A DNA stretch of 64,000 bases from an uncultured Chloroflexia bacterium (GCA_963749705.1 CAVVNQ010000003.1:1-64000); one strand, 5' to 3'; positions 1 through 10,534 are shown, counted from the stretch's first letter. Numbers and translations: made by a program. Notes: generated by a model from the sequence alone, not told the origin.

Positions 1-786
1 TGCCCATGGCGCCTCGCCCGAGTCCCATAGGGCCTGGAGCGCACGGAGGTCCCGCAGCGCATCCATCGGCTGCCAGAACCCGTGATGGCGGTAGGCGCGC
101 AGCTCGCCTTCTGTCGCCAAACTCTCGAGCGGCGCACCCTCGAATGGCGTCTGATCCCCGGCGATCCGGTCCAGCACCGCGGGCTCGAGCACCATGAACC
201 CCCCATTGACCCAGGCGCCATCGCCTTCCGGCTTCTCCTGGAATGCCCGCACGACCGGGGCGGAGAAGTGCTCGACCGTCTCGTCCTCATCGATCTGCAG
301 CGCGCCGAAGCGGCCCATTGGCTGGACCGCGGTGATCGTCGCCAGCTTGCCGTGCGCACGGTGGAACGCGAGCAGCCCCGGGACGTCCACGTCCGCGACG
401 CCGTCTCCGTAGGTCAGCATGAAGGTGTCATTGCGCACGTGCTCGGCCACCCGCTTGAGCCGGCCGCCGGTCTGCGTGTCGGGCCCCGTGTCGACCAGCG
501 TGACCCGCCACGGCTCCGCGGCTTGCTGGTGGACCTCCATCGAGTTGTCACGCATGTCGAAGGTCACGTCCGACATGTGGAGGAAGTAGTTGGAGAAATA
601 CTCCTTGATCATGTAGCCCTTGTAGCCCAGGCAGACCACGAAGTCGCTGAACCCGTAGTGGCTGTAGCCCTTCATGATGTGCCACAGGATCGGCCGCTCG
701 CCGATCTCGACCATCGGCTTGGGCCGGGTGGCGGTCTCCTCGGACAACCGGGTGCCGAGACCGCCGGCGAGGATGACAACCTTCAA
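1..786 (-). CDS. rfbF: Glucose-1-phosphate cytidylyltransferase (3' end runs off the window)
   Basis: Not in the ORF track. Manual translation from TTG at 786, overlapping the upstream stop: MKVVILAGGLGTRLSEET..KPMVEIGERPILWHIMKGYSHYGF..GFWQPMD, typical RfbF motifs. Confidence 0.93.
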   Translation of the reverse strand, partial: MKVVILAGGLGTRLSEETATRPKPMVEIGERPILWHIMKGYSHYGFSDFVVCLGYKGYMIKEYFSNYFLHMSDVTFDMRDNSMEVHQQAAEPWRVTLVDTGPDTQTGGRLKRVAEHVRNDTFMLTYGDGVADVDVPGLLAFHRAHGKLATITAVQPMGRFGALQIDEDETVEHFSAPVVRAFQEKPEGDGAWVNGGFMVLEPAVLDRIAGDQTPFEGAPLESLATEGELRAYRHHGFWQPMDALRDLRALQALWDSGEAPWA

Positions 787-2567
787 GATCCGCCCCCGTG
801 TGCTGCTGCGCCGTTGCGAACGATGGCGGAAGTGTAGCCACCCGGGGCCACCGCGGAACGGAGTACGCCAGCATCGGGGATCGGCGCGCCCGAGGCTGCC
901 GGCAAGCGCGGACAGTCGTACGCCAGCGAGCCGTACAGGTAGAGCGGCTGTTCCGGGCCGAAGAACAGGTACTGGCGGTACGCGGACCGGTCGACCTGGA
1001 TGAGGCCGAAGTTGGCGGGAGCCAGCGGGCTGTTCGACACGGCTGCACACGGACGAGACGGTGCGATCCAGTCGTCGTACCAGGCGAGACCGTAGCCGAG
1101 ATCCGCGTTGCCGATCGTGGACGCGTGGGACCCCATCCACTCGTAGCCGGCGTCCACCGCCCCAGCGTCGTAGCCCATTGCCACCATCGCATCGCCGGCG
1201 CGCCATCGCGCCGCGTCGTAGGCGAACGAGTTGGCGGCGAGGACCAGCGCCGAGACCGCCAGCCAGGCGAGCGCGACATGCGACAACGCGTCCTGGCGGC
1301 CGAGGCGACTCGGCAGACGGCCGCGCAGCAGGAGGATCGCGGCGACGGGCACGAGCGGAAGGAGGTAGCGGTCCAGCATGCCGGCGACCGAAACGAACAC
1401 CAACAGGCCGCCGGCATGGGCGAGGACGAACACCATCAGAACTGCGGTGGGACCGCGGACAACCTGGACCAGCTCCGACGCAGCCGACATCGATGAGCGC
1501 AAGGTGGCCAGCTGGTGCTGTGCCCATGCGATGCACAGCACCAGCAGCAGGATCGCCGCGAACCAGGCGAGCTGTTCGGAGAGCGCCCACGCGCGGTCAC
1601 CGACGACGGCGGCGCGGGCACCGGCGAGCAGGTCGTCGCCGGCGAGGCCGGTCGCAAGCCAGAGGTTCCCTACGAGCGCCCCGTGGGGGGCCGCGACCAC
1701 GAGGCCGACGCCCACGACCCCAGCGGCGAGGATGACCTGCCCGGCGCTGATGGTGGCCATCCGGCTGCCGACGGCGAGCGCGATGGCGGGCAGGAGGACG
1801 GCGGCGAGGGTGGCGAACGCCGGCCCGATGATGATCAGTCGCCCAAGATCTGCCGAGGCCGGGATTGAGCGGCCCGGGATCGAAGCGGCAGCGCCAAGCA
1901 CGACGACGACCCCGATCACGAACGCACTCGACACGATGGCCAGCCAGGCCCGCTCGTCCGCCCGGTTGCGGGCCCAGGCGGCGACCAGGATCGCAACCGG
2001 CGCCGCGAGGGCGAACTCCCGGATGCTCAGTGCCAGCAGGCCGACCGCCATCGAGGCGACCAGCTCCATCCGTCGGCCTCCGTCCTGGAGCCACCGGACG
2101 CCCAGCAGGAGACACAGCATCGTGAGCGCATACGTGGGCACGTCGGTCATGAACGCCACGGTCTCGCGGGCGAACCCCGGGAATGCCTCCACGAGCAGCA
2201 CCACGAGGACCGCGGCGCCTGTCCCGATGAAACGGCGGGCCAGGAGGTAGGTGGCCACGATGCCGATCAGGGTCAGCACCAGCCCATAGGCGGTGAACGC
2301 CCAGGAGTCGCCGCCCGAAGCCCACAAGAACGGCTGGACGGTCACGACCTGACCGATCGACGCCGCCGTGTGGCCGGGCATGTCCAGGCTGCCCGTGCGG
2401 AACAGGGTGTCCGCGGCGCGCATGTACACCCAGCCGTCGTTGCCCGGGATACCGATCGCACCCGCTGCGGCCGCCAGCCACAGGGGAACACCCACGCTGA
2501 TCAGGCTCAGGATCGCCAGCGCGAGCAGGTCTCGGCGGCCGATGGGGGCGGGCGGGGCAGTGGTCAT
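783..2567 (-). CDS. Multi-TM GT-C-fold (GT39/ArnT-like) glycosyltransferase, paralog 2
   Basis: 594 aa with many TM segments, GNDGWVY loop after TM1 and an FMTDVP motif. N-terminal ~290 aa identical to the neighbouring gene. Confidence 0.75.
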   Translation of the reverse strand: MTTAPPAPIGRRDLLALAILSLISVGVPLWLAAAAGAIGIPGNDGWVYMRAADTLFRTGSLDMPGHTAASIGQVVTVQPFLWASGGDSWAFTAYGLVLTLIGIVATYLLARRFIGTGAAVLVVLLVEAFPGFARETVAFMTDVPTYALTMLCLLLGVRWLQDGGRRMELVASMAVGLLALSIREFALAAPVAILVAAWARNRADERAWLAIVSSAFVIGVVVVLGAAASIPGRSIPASADLGRLIIIGPAFATLAAVLLPAIALAVGSRMATISAGQVILAAGVVGVGLVVAAPHGALVGNLWLATGLAGDDLLAGARAAVVGDRAWALSEQLAWFAAILLLVLCIAWAQHQLATLRSSMSAASELVQVVRGPTAVLMVFVLAHAGGLLVFVSVAGMLDRYLLPLVPVAAILLLRGRLPSRLGRQDALSHVALAWLAVSALVLAANSFAYDAARWRAGDAMVAMGYDAGAVDAGYEWMGSHASTIGNADLGYGLAWYDDWIAPSRPCAAVSNSPLAPANFGLIQVDRSAYRQYLFFGPEQPLYLYGSLAYDCPRLPAASGAPIPDAGVLRSAVAPGGYTSAIVRNGAAAHGGGS

Positions 2568-4304
2568 CTAGCGGCGATCCGCGACGCGGTCGGTGCGCTG
2601 CCGGCCGAAGGCAAGGGCGAGCATTTAGCCGCCTCGGTTCCATAGAGGTACAGCGGCTCGTCGGGTCCAATGAACAGGTACTGCCGGTAGGCTGATTCCT
2701 CGACGCGCACGAGCGTGGAGTCATCGAGCTCGACCGGGCTGCTCGAGACCACGGCGCAAGGACGATCGGACGCGATCCAGTCGTCGTACCACATCACGTT
2801 GTACGTCCGAGGCACCGCATTTCCGACACCGCTCGCGTGGTACCCGACCCACTCGTAGCCGGCGTCCACCGTCCCAGCGTCGTAGCCCATTGCCACCATC
2901 GCATCGCCGGCGCGCCATCGCGCCGCGTCGTAGGCGAACGAGTTGGCGGCGAGGACCAGCGCCGAGACCGCCAGCCAGGCGAGCGCGACATGCGACAACG
3001 CGTCCTGGCGGCCGAGGCGACTCGGCAGACGGCCGCGCAGCAGGAGGATCGCGGCGACGGGCACGAGCGGGAACAGGTATCGATCGTTCATCGGGCTGAT
3101 CGCCACGAACACGATCATTCCGCCGGTGTAGACGGCGAGAAACAGGGCGAGGATCACTGTTTGACCCCGGATGACCTGGCGCAGCCAGTCCACGGCCTCG
3201 GACGCCGATCGAGGTCGGACGACAAGATTCTCGACACGCCAGAAGACCAGAGTGGTCAGGAGGATCGCCGCGAACCAGGCGAGCTGTTCGGAGAATGTCC
3301 ATGCGCGGTCACCGATGACGGCGGCGCGGACGCCTGACAGGAGCGCGTCGCCCCCAATCCCGTTCTGAAGCCAGAGATATCCGAACAACGATGGATACGG
3401 CAATGCCGCGACCACGAGGCCGACGCCCACGACCCCAGCGGCGAGGATGACCTGCCCGGCGCTGATGGTGGCCATCCGGCTGCCGACGGCGAGCGCGATG
3501 GCGGGCAGGAGGACGGCGGCGAGGGTGGCGAACGCCGGCCCGATGATGATCAGTCGCCCAAGATCTGCCGAGGCCGGGATTGAGCGGCCCGGGATCGAAG
3601 CGGCAGCGCCAAGCACGACGACGACCCCGATCACGAACGCACTCGACACGATGGCCAGCCAGGCCCGCTCGTCCGCCCGGTTGCGGGCCCAGGCGGCGAC
3701 CAGGATCGCAACCGGCGCCGCGAGGGCGAACTCCCGGATGCTCAGTGCCAGCAGGCCGACCGCCATCGAGGCGACCAGCTCCATCCGTCGGCCTCCGTCC
3801 TGGAGCCACCGGACGCCCAGCAGGAGACACAGCATCGTGAGCGCATACGTGGGCACGTCGGTCATGAACGCCACGGTCTCGCGGGCGAACCCCGGGAATG
3901 CCTCCACGAGCAGCACCACGAGGACCGCGGCGCCTGTCCCGATGAAACGGCGGGCCAGGAGGTAGGTGGCCACGATGCCGATCAGGGTCAGCACCAGCCC
4001 ATAGGCGGTGAACGCCCAGGAGTCGCCGCCCGAAGCCCACAAGAACGGCTGGACGGTCACGACCTGACCGATCGACGCCGCCGTGTGGCCGGGCATGTCC
4101 AGGCTGCCCGTGCGGAACAGGGTGTCCGCGGCGCGCATGTACACCCAGCCGTCGTTGCCCGGGATACCGATCGCACCCGCTGCGGCCGCCAGCCACAGGG
4201 GAACACCCACGCTGATCAGGCTCAGGATCGCCAGCGCGAGCAGGTCTCGGCGGCCGATGGGGGCGGGCGGGGCAGTGGTCATCTAGCGGCGATCCGCGAC
4301 GCGG
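1137..4304. repeat. Mosaic tandem duplication: 1690-2589 = 3405-4304 (~900 bp) and 1137-1358 ~ 2849-3070 (~222 bp)
   Basis: By-eye comparison gives offsets of 1715 and 1712. One mismatch seen in the short block; intervening segments are diverged. Confidence 0.9.
2564..4282 (-). CDS. Multi-TM GT-C-fold glycosyltransferase, paralog 1
   Basis: 572 aa tandem paralog of 783..2567, with ATGA overlaps on both sides. Confidence 0.75.
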   Translation of the reverse strand: MTTAPPAPIGRRDLLALAILSLISVGVPLWLAAAAGAIGIPGNDGWVYMRAADTLFRTGSLDMPGHTAASIGQVVTVQPFLWASGGDSWAFTAYGLVLTLIGIVATYLLARRFIGTGAAVLVVLLVEAFPGFARETVAFMTDVPTYALTMLCLLLGVRWLQDGGRRMELVASMAVGLLALSIREFALAAPVAILVAAWARNRADERAWLAIVSSAFVIGVVVVLGAAASIPGRSIPASADLGRLIIIGPAFATLAAVLLPAIALAVGSRMATISAGQVILAAGVVGVGLVVAALPYPSLFGYLWLQNGIGGDALLSGVRAAVIGDRAWTFSEQLAWFAAILLTTLVFWRVENLVVRPRSASEAVDWLRQVIRGQTVILALFLAVYTGGMIVFVAISPMNDRYLFPLVPVAAILLLRGRLPSRLGRQDALSHVALAWLAVSALVLAANSFAYDAARWRAGDAMVAMGYDAGTVDAGYEWVGYHASGVGNAVPRTYNVMWYDDWIASDRPCAVVSSSPVELDDSTLVRVEESAYRQYLFIGPDEPLYLYGTEAAKCSPLPSAGSAPTASRIAAR

Positions 4305-5175
4305 ATTGATCCGCCTGGGGCCTAGGACCGCCGAACGCCGCCAGCAGCGATGTCAGCTGATAGACGAGCAGCCGGGGGTATGTGAGGACGACAAGCGACA
4401 CTGCCAGCGGCCAACCCCAAGGCGTGCGCGCGAAGCGAAGGGCGACGGCAACCAGCCCGGCAACCATGACAAGCCATAGCGCGGGGTGAATCGCAAACGG
4501 CGAGACGTTGCGGACGTCGAACGCGGGCCGGAGCCACGTCAACTGCAGATACGCGAGCGTGCCTGCCGGCTCGAAGAGCAGCTGGAGGGCTCCGATCGCC
4601 AATGTCCAGCCCGCGAATCGTGTGAGGGAACGCAGGTCGCGTCGCCCGAGCCAGAACGCGGCCACCAGCCACGGAAGCAGCTTCAGGTGCCCCGCGAGCG
4701 CGACCGCGGCCGGGCTCCCGATCGCAAGCAGCAGGGTGATGATGGGCTCTGCCTGGCCAACGCTAAGGGCCCACAGGATCGGCAGGGCCAGGCATCCGAG
4801 CGCGATCAGCACGGGCTGGCGAAGTCCGATGCGACGAAGCACGAGCACGAACGATCCCATCACGATCAGCTCCCAGATCGCGACCGCGGCCGCGAACGGC
4901 AGGAGCGCGAGCGGCCGGAACAGGACCGCAAGCAAGGGCGGGTTGAGGTACAACCCGATGCTGTCCGTGGCGGATGTGTCGTAGAGCGGCAGGCCCGCGT
5001 TCAGGCGCGTTGCTGCGTCGTAGTACACGTGAGCGTCGGCAAACGGATCGGACGACAGGTGGAGCGCGAGGGTCTGGAGCCCCAGCAGCGCACCCACGAC
5101 CGCGGCAAGGACTGCCACCGCGCGCAGCGAGCGGCGACCCGCGGGGGAGATCCGGAGCGGGGAGGCGAAGGTCAC
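4279..5175 (-). CDS. GT87 (DUF2029) family membrane glycosyltransferase
   Basis: DAHVYYDAA..GLPLY, YLNPPLLA, GQAEP and HLKLLP motifs. Likely GTG start at 5175 rather than 5511. Confidence 0.8.
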   Translation of the reverse strand: MTFASPLRISPAGRRSLRAVAVLAAVVGALLGLQTLALHLSSDPFADAHVYYDAATRLNAGLPLYDTSATDSIGLYLNPPLLAVLFRPLALLPFAAAVAIWELIVMGSFVLVLRRIGLRQPVLIALGCLALPILWALSVGQAEPIITLLLAIGSPAAVALAGHLKLLPWLVAAFWLGRRDLRSLTRFAGWTLAIGALQLLFEPAGTLAYLQLTWLRPAFDVRNVSPFAIHPALWLVMVAGLVAVALRFARTPWGWPLAVSLVVLTYPRLLVYQLTSLLAAFGGPRPQADQSASRIAAR

Positions 5176-5289
5176 GCGCCGCACGATACGCGGTCGTGAG
5201 GCGGTCGTGCGACCCGTCCGCCGCCGAGCCCGCGTAGCCCGTTCGTACCCCTCTGACGACCCCTCCCCCGGTGCTAGGCTGCACCGGCT

Positions 5290-6940
5290 GTGCGAACACC
5301 CATCGCCCTGTATGCGCTCGCCCTCGTGGCTCGCCTGGTGGTCGCGGCGGGGTTCCCGGATCCCGCCTACCCCGACTCGTTCTACTACGTCGATGTCGCA
5401 CGCCAGCTTGCCTCCGGCCACGGGTTCAACGTGGACGTGGTCTGGATCTTCGCCGAGGTGGGCGGCAGGATCCCGGCCAACCCGGTGCTGCCGATCGCGT
5501 CCAACGCGCACTGGATGCCGCTCGCCTCGATCGTCCAGGTGCCGTTCATCTGGCTCCTGGGGCCCACGGCGATGGCGTCGGCGCTGCCGTTCGCGATCGC
5601 CGGCGCGTTCGCGGCGCCGCTCGCCTGGGCGATCGCGCGCGACGCGGGGCTGTCGCCGTTCGTGGCGGCCGCGGCCGGCGTGCTGACCGCATTCCCCGCC
5701 CTGTCGTTCGTGTACATGGCGCAGCCCGACAACTTCTCGCTGTACCAGCCGCTGGTCGCCGGGTCGCTGTGGCTGGCCGCTCGCGGGCTCCGCGGCCGGC
5801 CGCGCGACTTCGCGCTGGCGGGGCTGCTGGCCGGGCTCGCGACGCTGTCACGCAACGACGGCGTGCTGGTGCTGGCCATCCTGGGCGCCGTGTTCCTGTG
5901 GGATCGATGGCGCGCCCGTCGATCGTTCGGCGACCGGCCGGCCCGGCCGGCTCGGATCCCGTTCGTGGCGGCGGTCGGCGCCGTCGCCCTGTTCGCGGTG
6001 TCGGTTGGGCCGTGGTACCTGCGCCAGCTGGCGGTGTTCGGCTCGCTGTCACCGTCGACGGCATCGGGCAAGGTGCTGTTCATCCGCGACATCGGCGAGT
6101 GGAACAGCATCACGACGCCGGCGACGCTGGACCACCTGCTGGGCATGGGCATCGGGTCCGCTGCTGCTGAGCCGGCTGGGCGGCCTCGTGGCCGCGATGT
6201 TCATCTTCAGCATCCTGGTCGGCGTGCTGGTGCTGGTGCCGTTCATGGTCGCGGGCGCCTGGCGCCGGCTCGGGGACGCGAGGTTCGGCCCGTTCCTGGG
6301 CTACGCGGGGCTGCTGTTCGCATTCAGCGCGATCGTCTCGGCCGTCCACGTCCCGGGCGGCACGTTCATCCACTCCGCGGTGGCGCTGGCCCCGCACGGG
6401 TACGTGCTCGCGCTCGACGGGATCGTCGCCGGCATCGCCTGGCTCGCGGCCCGCCGGCGCGGCTGGAACGTGGCGCAGGCGTCGCGCGTGTTCGTGGGCG
6501 GCGCGGTGGCGTTCGGCGTCCTGGCCGCGGTCTTCGGCGCGATGACCGTGCACGCCACGTGGGATGACAAGCGCCAGCGGATGCAGGCGGTTGGCGCAGC
6601 CCTCGACGCCGCGGGCGCCCCGGCATCGGACCGGGTGATGTCGATCGACGCCGCCGGCTACCGGTACTGGACCGGGCATCCGGGTGTCGTCCTGGTCAAC
6701 GACCCGCTGGACACCGTCGAGGCCGTCGCGCGTGCGTACGACATCCGGTGGCTGGTCCTCGAGGCCGCCGACACCGTGCCCGCCGCGCGCGCGATCCTCA
6801 TCGACCACCAGCGGCCCGCCTGGGTTGGTCCGCCGATCACGGACCGCGACGACGTGTCCGTGTACCCGGTCTGCCTCACCGCGGCCGATCAGCGCTGCGC
6901 GGCGACGGCGAGCGTGCTCGGCACCGGGCCCGCCCGATGA
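5290..6940 (+). CDS. GT39-like membrane glycosyltransferase, apparent frameshift near 6155
   Basis: ORF 5290..6567 (YPDSFYYVDVARQL, QPDNF, SRNDG) is protein-like up to ..LLGMGIG, then continues in the frame of ORF 6005..6940 (PLLLSRLGG..GTFIHSA). Confidence 0.75.
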
Positions 6941-8634
6941 GCCGCCTGGAGGCATGGGTCAGCGCCCTGGGCCTGTTCATCGTGGCGCTCGTGGTGCGGC
7001 TCCTCGCCGCCGCACAGATCCCGTTCCCGAGACCCGAGGACACCGCCTACTACGTCGGCGTCGCGCGCAACCTCGTCGAAGGGCGCGGCCTCGTGTCCGA
7101 TGCGCTGTGGAGCTACGGGACGCCGCCGCTGGTGTTCCCGCGCCCCGCGTTCGAGGTCTGGCTGCCGCTGCCATCGCTCCTCGACGCGATCCCGATCGCG
7201 CTGTCGGGCGCCGCCAGACCGATCCCGCTCGAGACGGCCATGCGCGCGGCGCAGGTCACCTCGACGCTGCTGGGGGCGCTGCTGGTCGTGCTCGCCTGGC
7301 GGCTGGCGGCCGACCTCGCGCGCGAGCGCAACCTCCCGGTCGGGCGGGCGCGGACGCTGGCCGTCGGCACCGGGCTGACGGCCGCGGTGTACCTGCCGCT
7401 GGTCCTGCACTCGGCGCTGCCCGACTCCACGATGCTGTTCGGCGTCCTTGCGCTGGCCGCGTGCGTGCTGATGGCCGGGATCCTCCGCTCCCCGACCTGC
7501 GACCGGCGGGTGGACCGCCGGCTGATCGGCCTGGGACTGCTCCTGGGCGCGGCGGCGCTCACGCGCAACGAAGCGGTCTGGCTCGCGCTCGCCTGGGCGT
7601 GGCTGGCGTGGCGGCTCCCCGGACAGCCGCGCGCCCTCCGGCTGCGGCTGATCGGCGTGGTCGCGGTCGTCAGCCTCGCCGTGTTCGCGCCATGGGCGGT
7701 CCGCGACTGGATCGTGTTCGGCAACCCGCTGCCCGGGCAGGCCGTGACCAACGCCCTGTCCGTGTCCGGCTTCGACATCTTTGCCTGGAACGTGCCGCCG
7801 ACGCTGTCGCGCTACCTCGACGTCGGGCCGGGAACGCTGCTCGACATGCGGATCACCGGCATCGGCCACAACCTGGTCAACGTGCTCCTGTTCCTGGGCG
7901 TGCCGCTGTCGATCCTCGGGCTGCTCGCGCTGCCGTGGCAGGCACGTGACCGGGTCCTGCGGCCCCTGGTGATCCTGTCGGTCGCGACGTTCCTGGTCAC
8001 CAGCCTGGTGTTCCCGGTGGCGACGACCTGGGGCACGTTCCTCCACGCCGCCGCGCCGGTCCACGTGCTGCTGATCGTGTCCGCGCTCGGCGCGCTCGAC
8101 GCCGGGATCGCGGCGCTGGGCCGGCGCCGCGGCTGGACGCGCCCGGTCGCGTGGCTGGGGCCGCTGCTGGGCGTGTTCGCGTCGGTCCTGTTCACGGCCG
8201 CCCTGCTGCCCGCGTTCGGGGGCGAGGCGCGCGCGACCCAGGGCACGTACCGCGTGCTCGCGCAGCAGATGGCGGCGATCGGCGCGCCCCTCGACGGGTC
8301 GGCGCCGGTCATCACCGACTTCCCCATCTGGCTGGCCGAGGCGGAGCGGGTGCCGACGCTGGGGCTGCCGGACGAGACGCCGGCCGACGTGCTGGACCTT
8401 GCCACCCATTTCGGCGCCCGCTGGCTGATCTCCGCGGATCCCGGCCACGGCCGGTGGCCCGCGGTGCTGGACGGACCCGCCCCGGACGCCCGCTGCTTCC
8501 AGGAGGTCCTGCTGCCCCTTCCGGACGATCCCGCGCAGGCGGCGGCGCTGGGCGGGATCCGCGTGTTCCGCATCGTGTGTGCGGGCGTCGCGCGCGTTCC
8601 CGCACCGGTTTCGGCCGAGCGGCCCTCGCCATGA
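6937..8634 (+). CDS. GT39-like membrane glycosyltransferase
   Basis: ATG at 6937 overlaps the previous stop. PEDTAYYVGVARNL, LPDST, TRNE and GTFLHAA motifs parallel the upstream gene. Confidence 0.78.
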   Translation: MSRLEAWVSALGLFIVALVVRLLAAAQIPFPRPEDTAYYVGVARNLVEGRGLVSDALWSYGTPPLVFPRPAFEVWLPLPSLLDAIPIALSGAARPIPLETAMRAAQVTSTLLGALLVVLAWRLAADLARERNLPVGRARTLAVGTGLTAAVYLPLVLHSALPDSTMLFGVLALAACVLMAGILRSPTCDRRVDRRLIGLGLLLGAAALTRNEAVWLALAWAWLAWRLPGQPRALRLRLIGVVAVVSLAVFAPWAVRDWIVFGNPLPGQAVTNALSVSGFDIFAWNVPPTLSRYLDVGPGTLLDMRITGIGHNLVNVLLFLGVPLSILGLLALPWQARDRVLRPLVILSVATFLVTSLVFPVATTWGTFLHAAAPVHVLLIVSALGALDAGIAALGRRRGWTRPVAWLGPLLGVFASVLFTAALLPAFGGEARATQGTYRVLAQQMAAIGAPLDGSAPVITDFPIWLAEAERVPTLGLPDETPADVLDLATHFGARWLISADPGHGRWPAVLDGPAPDARCFQEVLLPLPDDPAQAAALGGIRVFRIVCAGVARVPAPVSAERPSP

Positions 8635-9794
8635 CGCTCCACACGGATACACTCCAGCCGATGGATGGCCCTGTGGACGAGCCGGCGGGCGTGCGCTTCG
8701 ACGAGCTCCAGGCCGAGGCGGCGGAAGCTCTCTCGTACAGCGCGAACACGCTGCGCGCCGTCCGCGACCGCTACCGGACCGCGTACCTCGAGGACCTCGC
8801 CCGCTGGCAGACCCTGCGCGACGACCTGACGTCGTTCGAGCGCGAGGCGCCGGACGATCAGGGCTCCGTGGCCGCCGGCTCCACCAACGGATCGGGTGAC
8901 GGCGGTGCGTCGATCTCGCTCGAGGCGCTCGCGGTGACGGCCGCCGAGGCCGGCGCGGCCGATCTCCGCCTGCGGATGGTGCGCGGCGAGGTGGACCGGC
9001 TGCGGAGCGACCTGGGGCGGCGCGAGGCCGAGCTGTCGCGGATCGAGCTGGCGATCAAGAGCCTCGAGAGCACGTGGCTGTTCCTCGAGCGTGGCGATGC
9101 ATCGCTGGTCAGCGACAGCACGCCGGGCACGCCGACCGACGTCCAGATGCGGATCGTCGAGGCGCAGGAATCCGAGCGCGCGCGGCTCGCCCAGGAGGTC
9201 CACGACGGTCCGGCCCAGATGCTGTCCAACGCGATCTTCCAGGTGGAGTTCATCGAGCGGGTGTTCGACTCCGACCACCCCCTCGCCCGCACGGAGCTGC
9301 GCTTCCTGCGCGAGCTGCTGCGGCGCGAGCTGGGCGACGTGCGCGGGTTCATCGGGCAGCTGCGGCCGCCGGTGCTGGCGGAGCTGGGCCTCGATGGATC
9401 GATCGCCGACACGGTCGCCACGCAGTCGGCGCTGTCGGGCCTGCACATCTCGACGGCCCTCGCCGCGACGCCCGACGGGCTGGGCGAGGCCGCCCAGACG
9501 GTGGTCCTGCGCGTGGTGCAGGAGGCACTGCAGAATGTGCGCAAGCATGCCGGCGCGACAGATGTCGTGGTTGCGAGCATGGTGGACGATGGACAATGGG
9601 TGCTGGAGGTCCGCGACGACGGTCGCGGCTTCGATGTCGGGGCGGTCGCGGCTCGCGGTCGCCGCAACTTCGGGCTCCAGTTCATGCGTGAGCGGGCCGA
9701 GCTCATCGGCGCGCAGTTCGAAGTTCGTTCGCGGCCGGCGGCAGGCACGGTGGTCCGGCTGGCGATCCCGTTGACGCGAAAGGAGAGCGGATGA
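8631..9794 (+). CDS. Cytoplasmic DegS-like sensor histidine kinase (coiled coil + HisKA_3 + HATPase)
   Basis: H-box AQEVHDGPAQMLSN, N-box QEALQNVRKHA, G1 DDGRGF, G2 FGLQFMRER. No TM segment. Confidence 0.9.
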   Translation: MTLHTDTLQPMDGPVDEPAGVRFDELQAEAAEALSYSANTLRAVRDRYRTAYLEDLARWQTLRDDLTSFEREAPDDQGSVAAGSTNGSGDGGASISLEALAVTAAEAGAADLRLRMVRGEVDRLRSDLGRREAELSRIELAIKSLESTWLFLERGDASLVSDSTPGTPTDVQMRIVEAQESERARLAQEVHDGPAQMLSNAIFQVEFIERVFDSDHPLARTELRFLRELLRRELGDVRGFIGQLRPPVLAELGLDGSIADTVATQSALSGLHISTALAATPDGLGEAAQTVVLRVVQEALQNVRKHAGATDVVVASMVDDGQWVLEVRDDGRGFDVGAVAARGRRNFGLQFMRERAELIGAQFEVRSRPAAGTVVRLAIPLTRKESG

Positions 9795-10534
9795 CCGAGT
9801 ACCAGGGGCCCGAGCGCCGCCGCAGCGGGCAGGATCGTCGCAACCAGACGTTCGAGCGGCTCAAGATCGAGATCGTGGACGGCCATGCGCTGATGCGGAT
9901 GGGCATCCGGAACATCCTCGAGCGGGAGCCCGACTTCGAGATCGTCGCCGAAGGAGACGACTCGCGCACCGCCATCGACGCCGCCTTCGCCACCAACCCC
10001 GACGTCATCCTCATGGACCTCTCGCTGGGCACCCCCGGTGGCATCGAGACGACGCAGCGGATCAAGCGGGAGCTGCCGGCTGCCGCGATCATCGTGCTGT
10101 CCACCGAGGAGGACGAGGACGCGCTGTTCGAGGCGATCAAGGCCGGCGCCGCCGCGTTCATCCTCAAGGACATCGCCCCCGAGGACCTGGTGATGGTCAT
10201 CCGGCGCGTGGTCGCCGGCGAGTACCTGATCAACGACAAGGTGTTCAGCAAGCCGGCCGTCGCGTCGCGGGTGCTCAAGGAGTTCCGCGAGCTGGCCGTG
10301 TACGGCCAGGAGGCGGCGCCGATCTTCGCGCCGCTGTCGCCGCGCGAGGTGGAGATCCTGGACAACATCGCGCAGGGCATGACCAACAAGCAGGTGGCCT
10401 ACGCGCTGTCGATCTCCGAGCAGACCGTCAAGAACCACATGAGCTCGATCCTCCGGAAGCTGTCCGTCAACGACCGGACCCAGGCCGTCGTGTACGCGAT
10501 GCGCCAGGGCTGGATCCGGATGCCGGAGGACTGA
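9791..10534 (+). CDS. NarL/LuxR (DegU-like) response regulator with Arg-rich N-terminal extension
   Basis: Receiver domain (DVILMDLS, FILKD) plus LuxR HTH (LSPREVEIL..GMTNKQVAYALSISEQTVKNHMSSILRKL). Confidence 0.93.
   Translation: MTEYQGPERRRSGQDRRNQTFERLKIEIVDGHALMRMGIRNILEREPDFEIVAEGDDSRTAIDAAFATNPDVILMDLSLGTPGGIETTQRIKRELPAAAIIVLSTEEDEDALFEAIKAGAAAFILKDIAPEDLVMVIRRVVAGEYLINDKVFSKPAVASRVLKEFRELAVYGQEAAPIFAPLSPREVEILDNIAQGMTNKQVAYALSISEQTVKNHMSSILRKLSVNDRTQAVVYAMRQGWIRMPED

Noticed and set aside
783-4304. Diversity-generating retroelement (template/variable repeat pair)
   Set aside because: Differences between copies are not adenine-specific, and there is no reverse transcriptase in the window.
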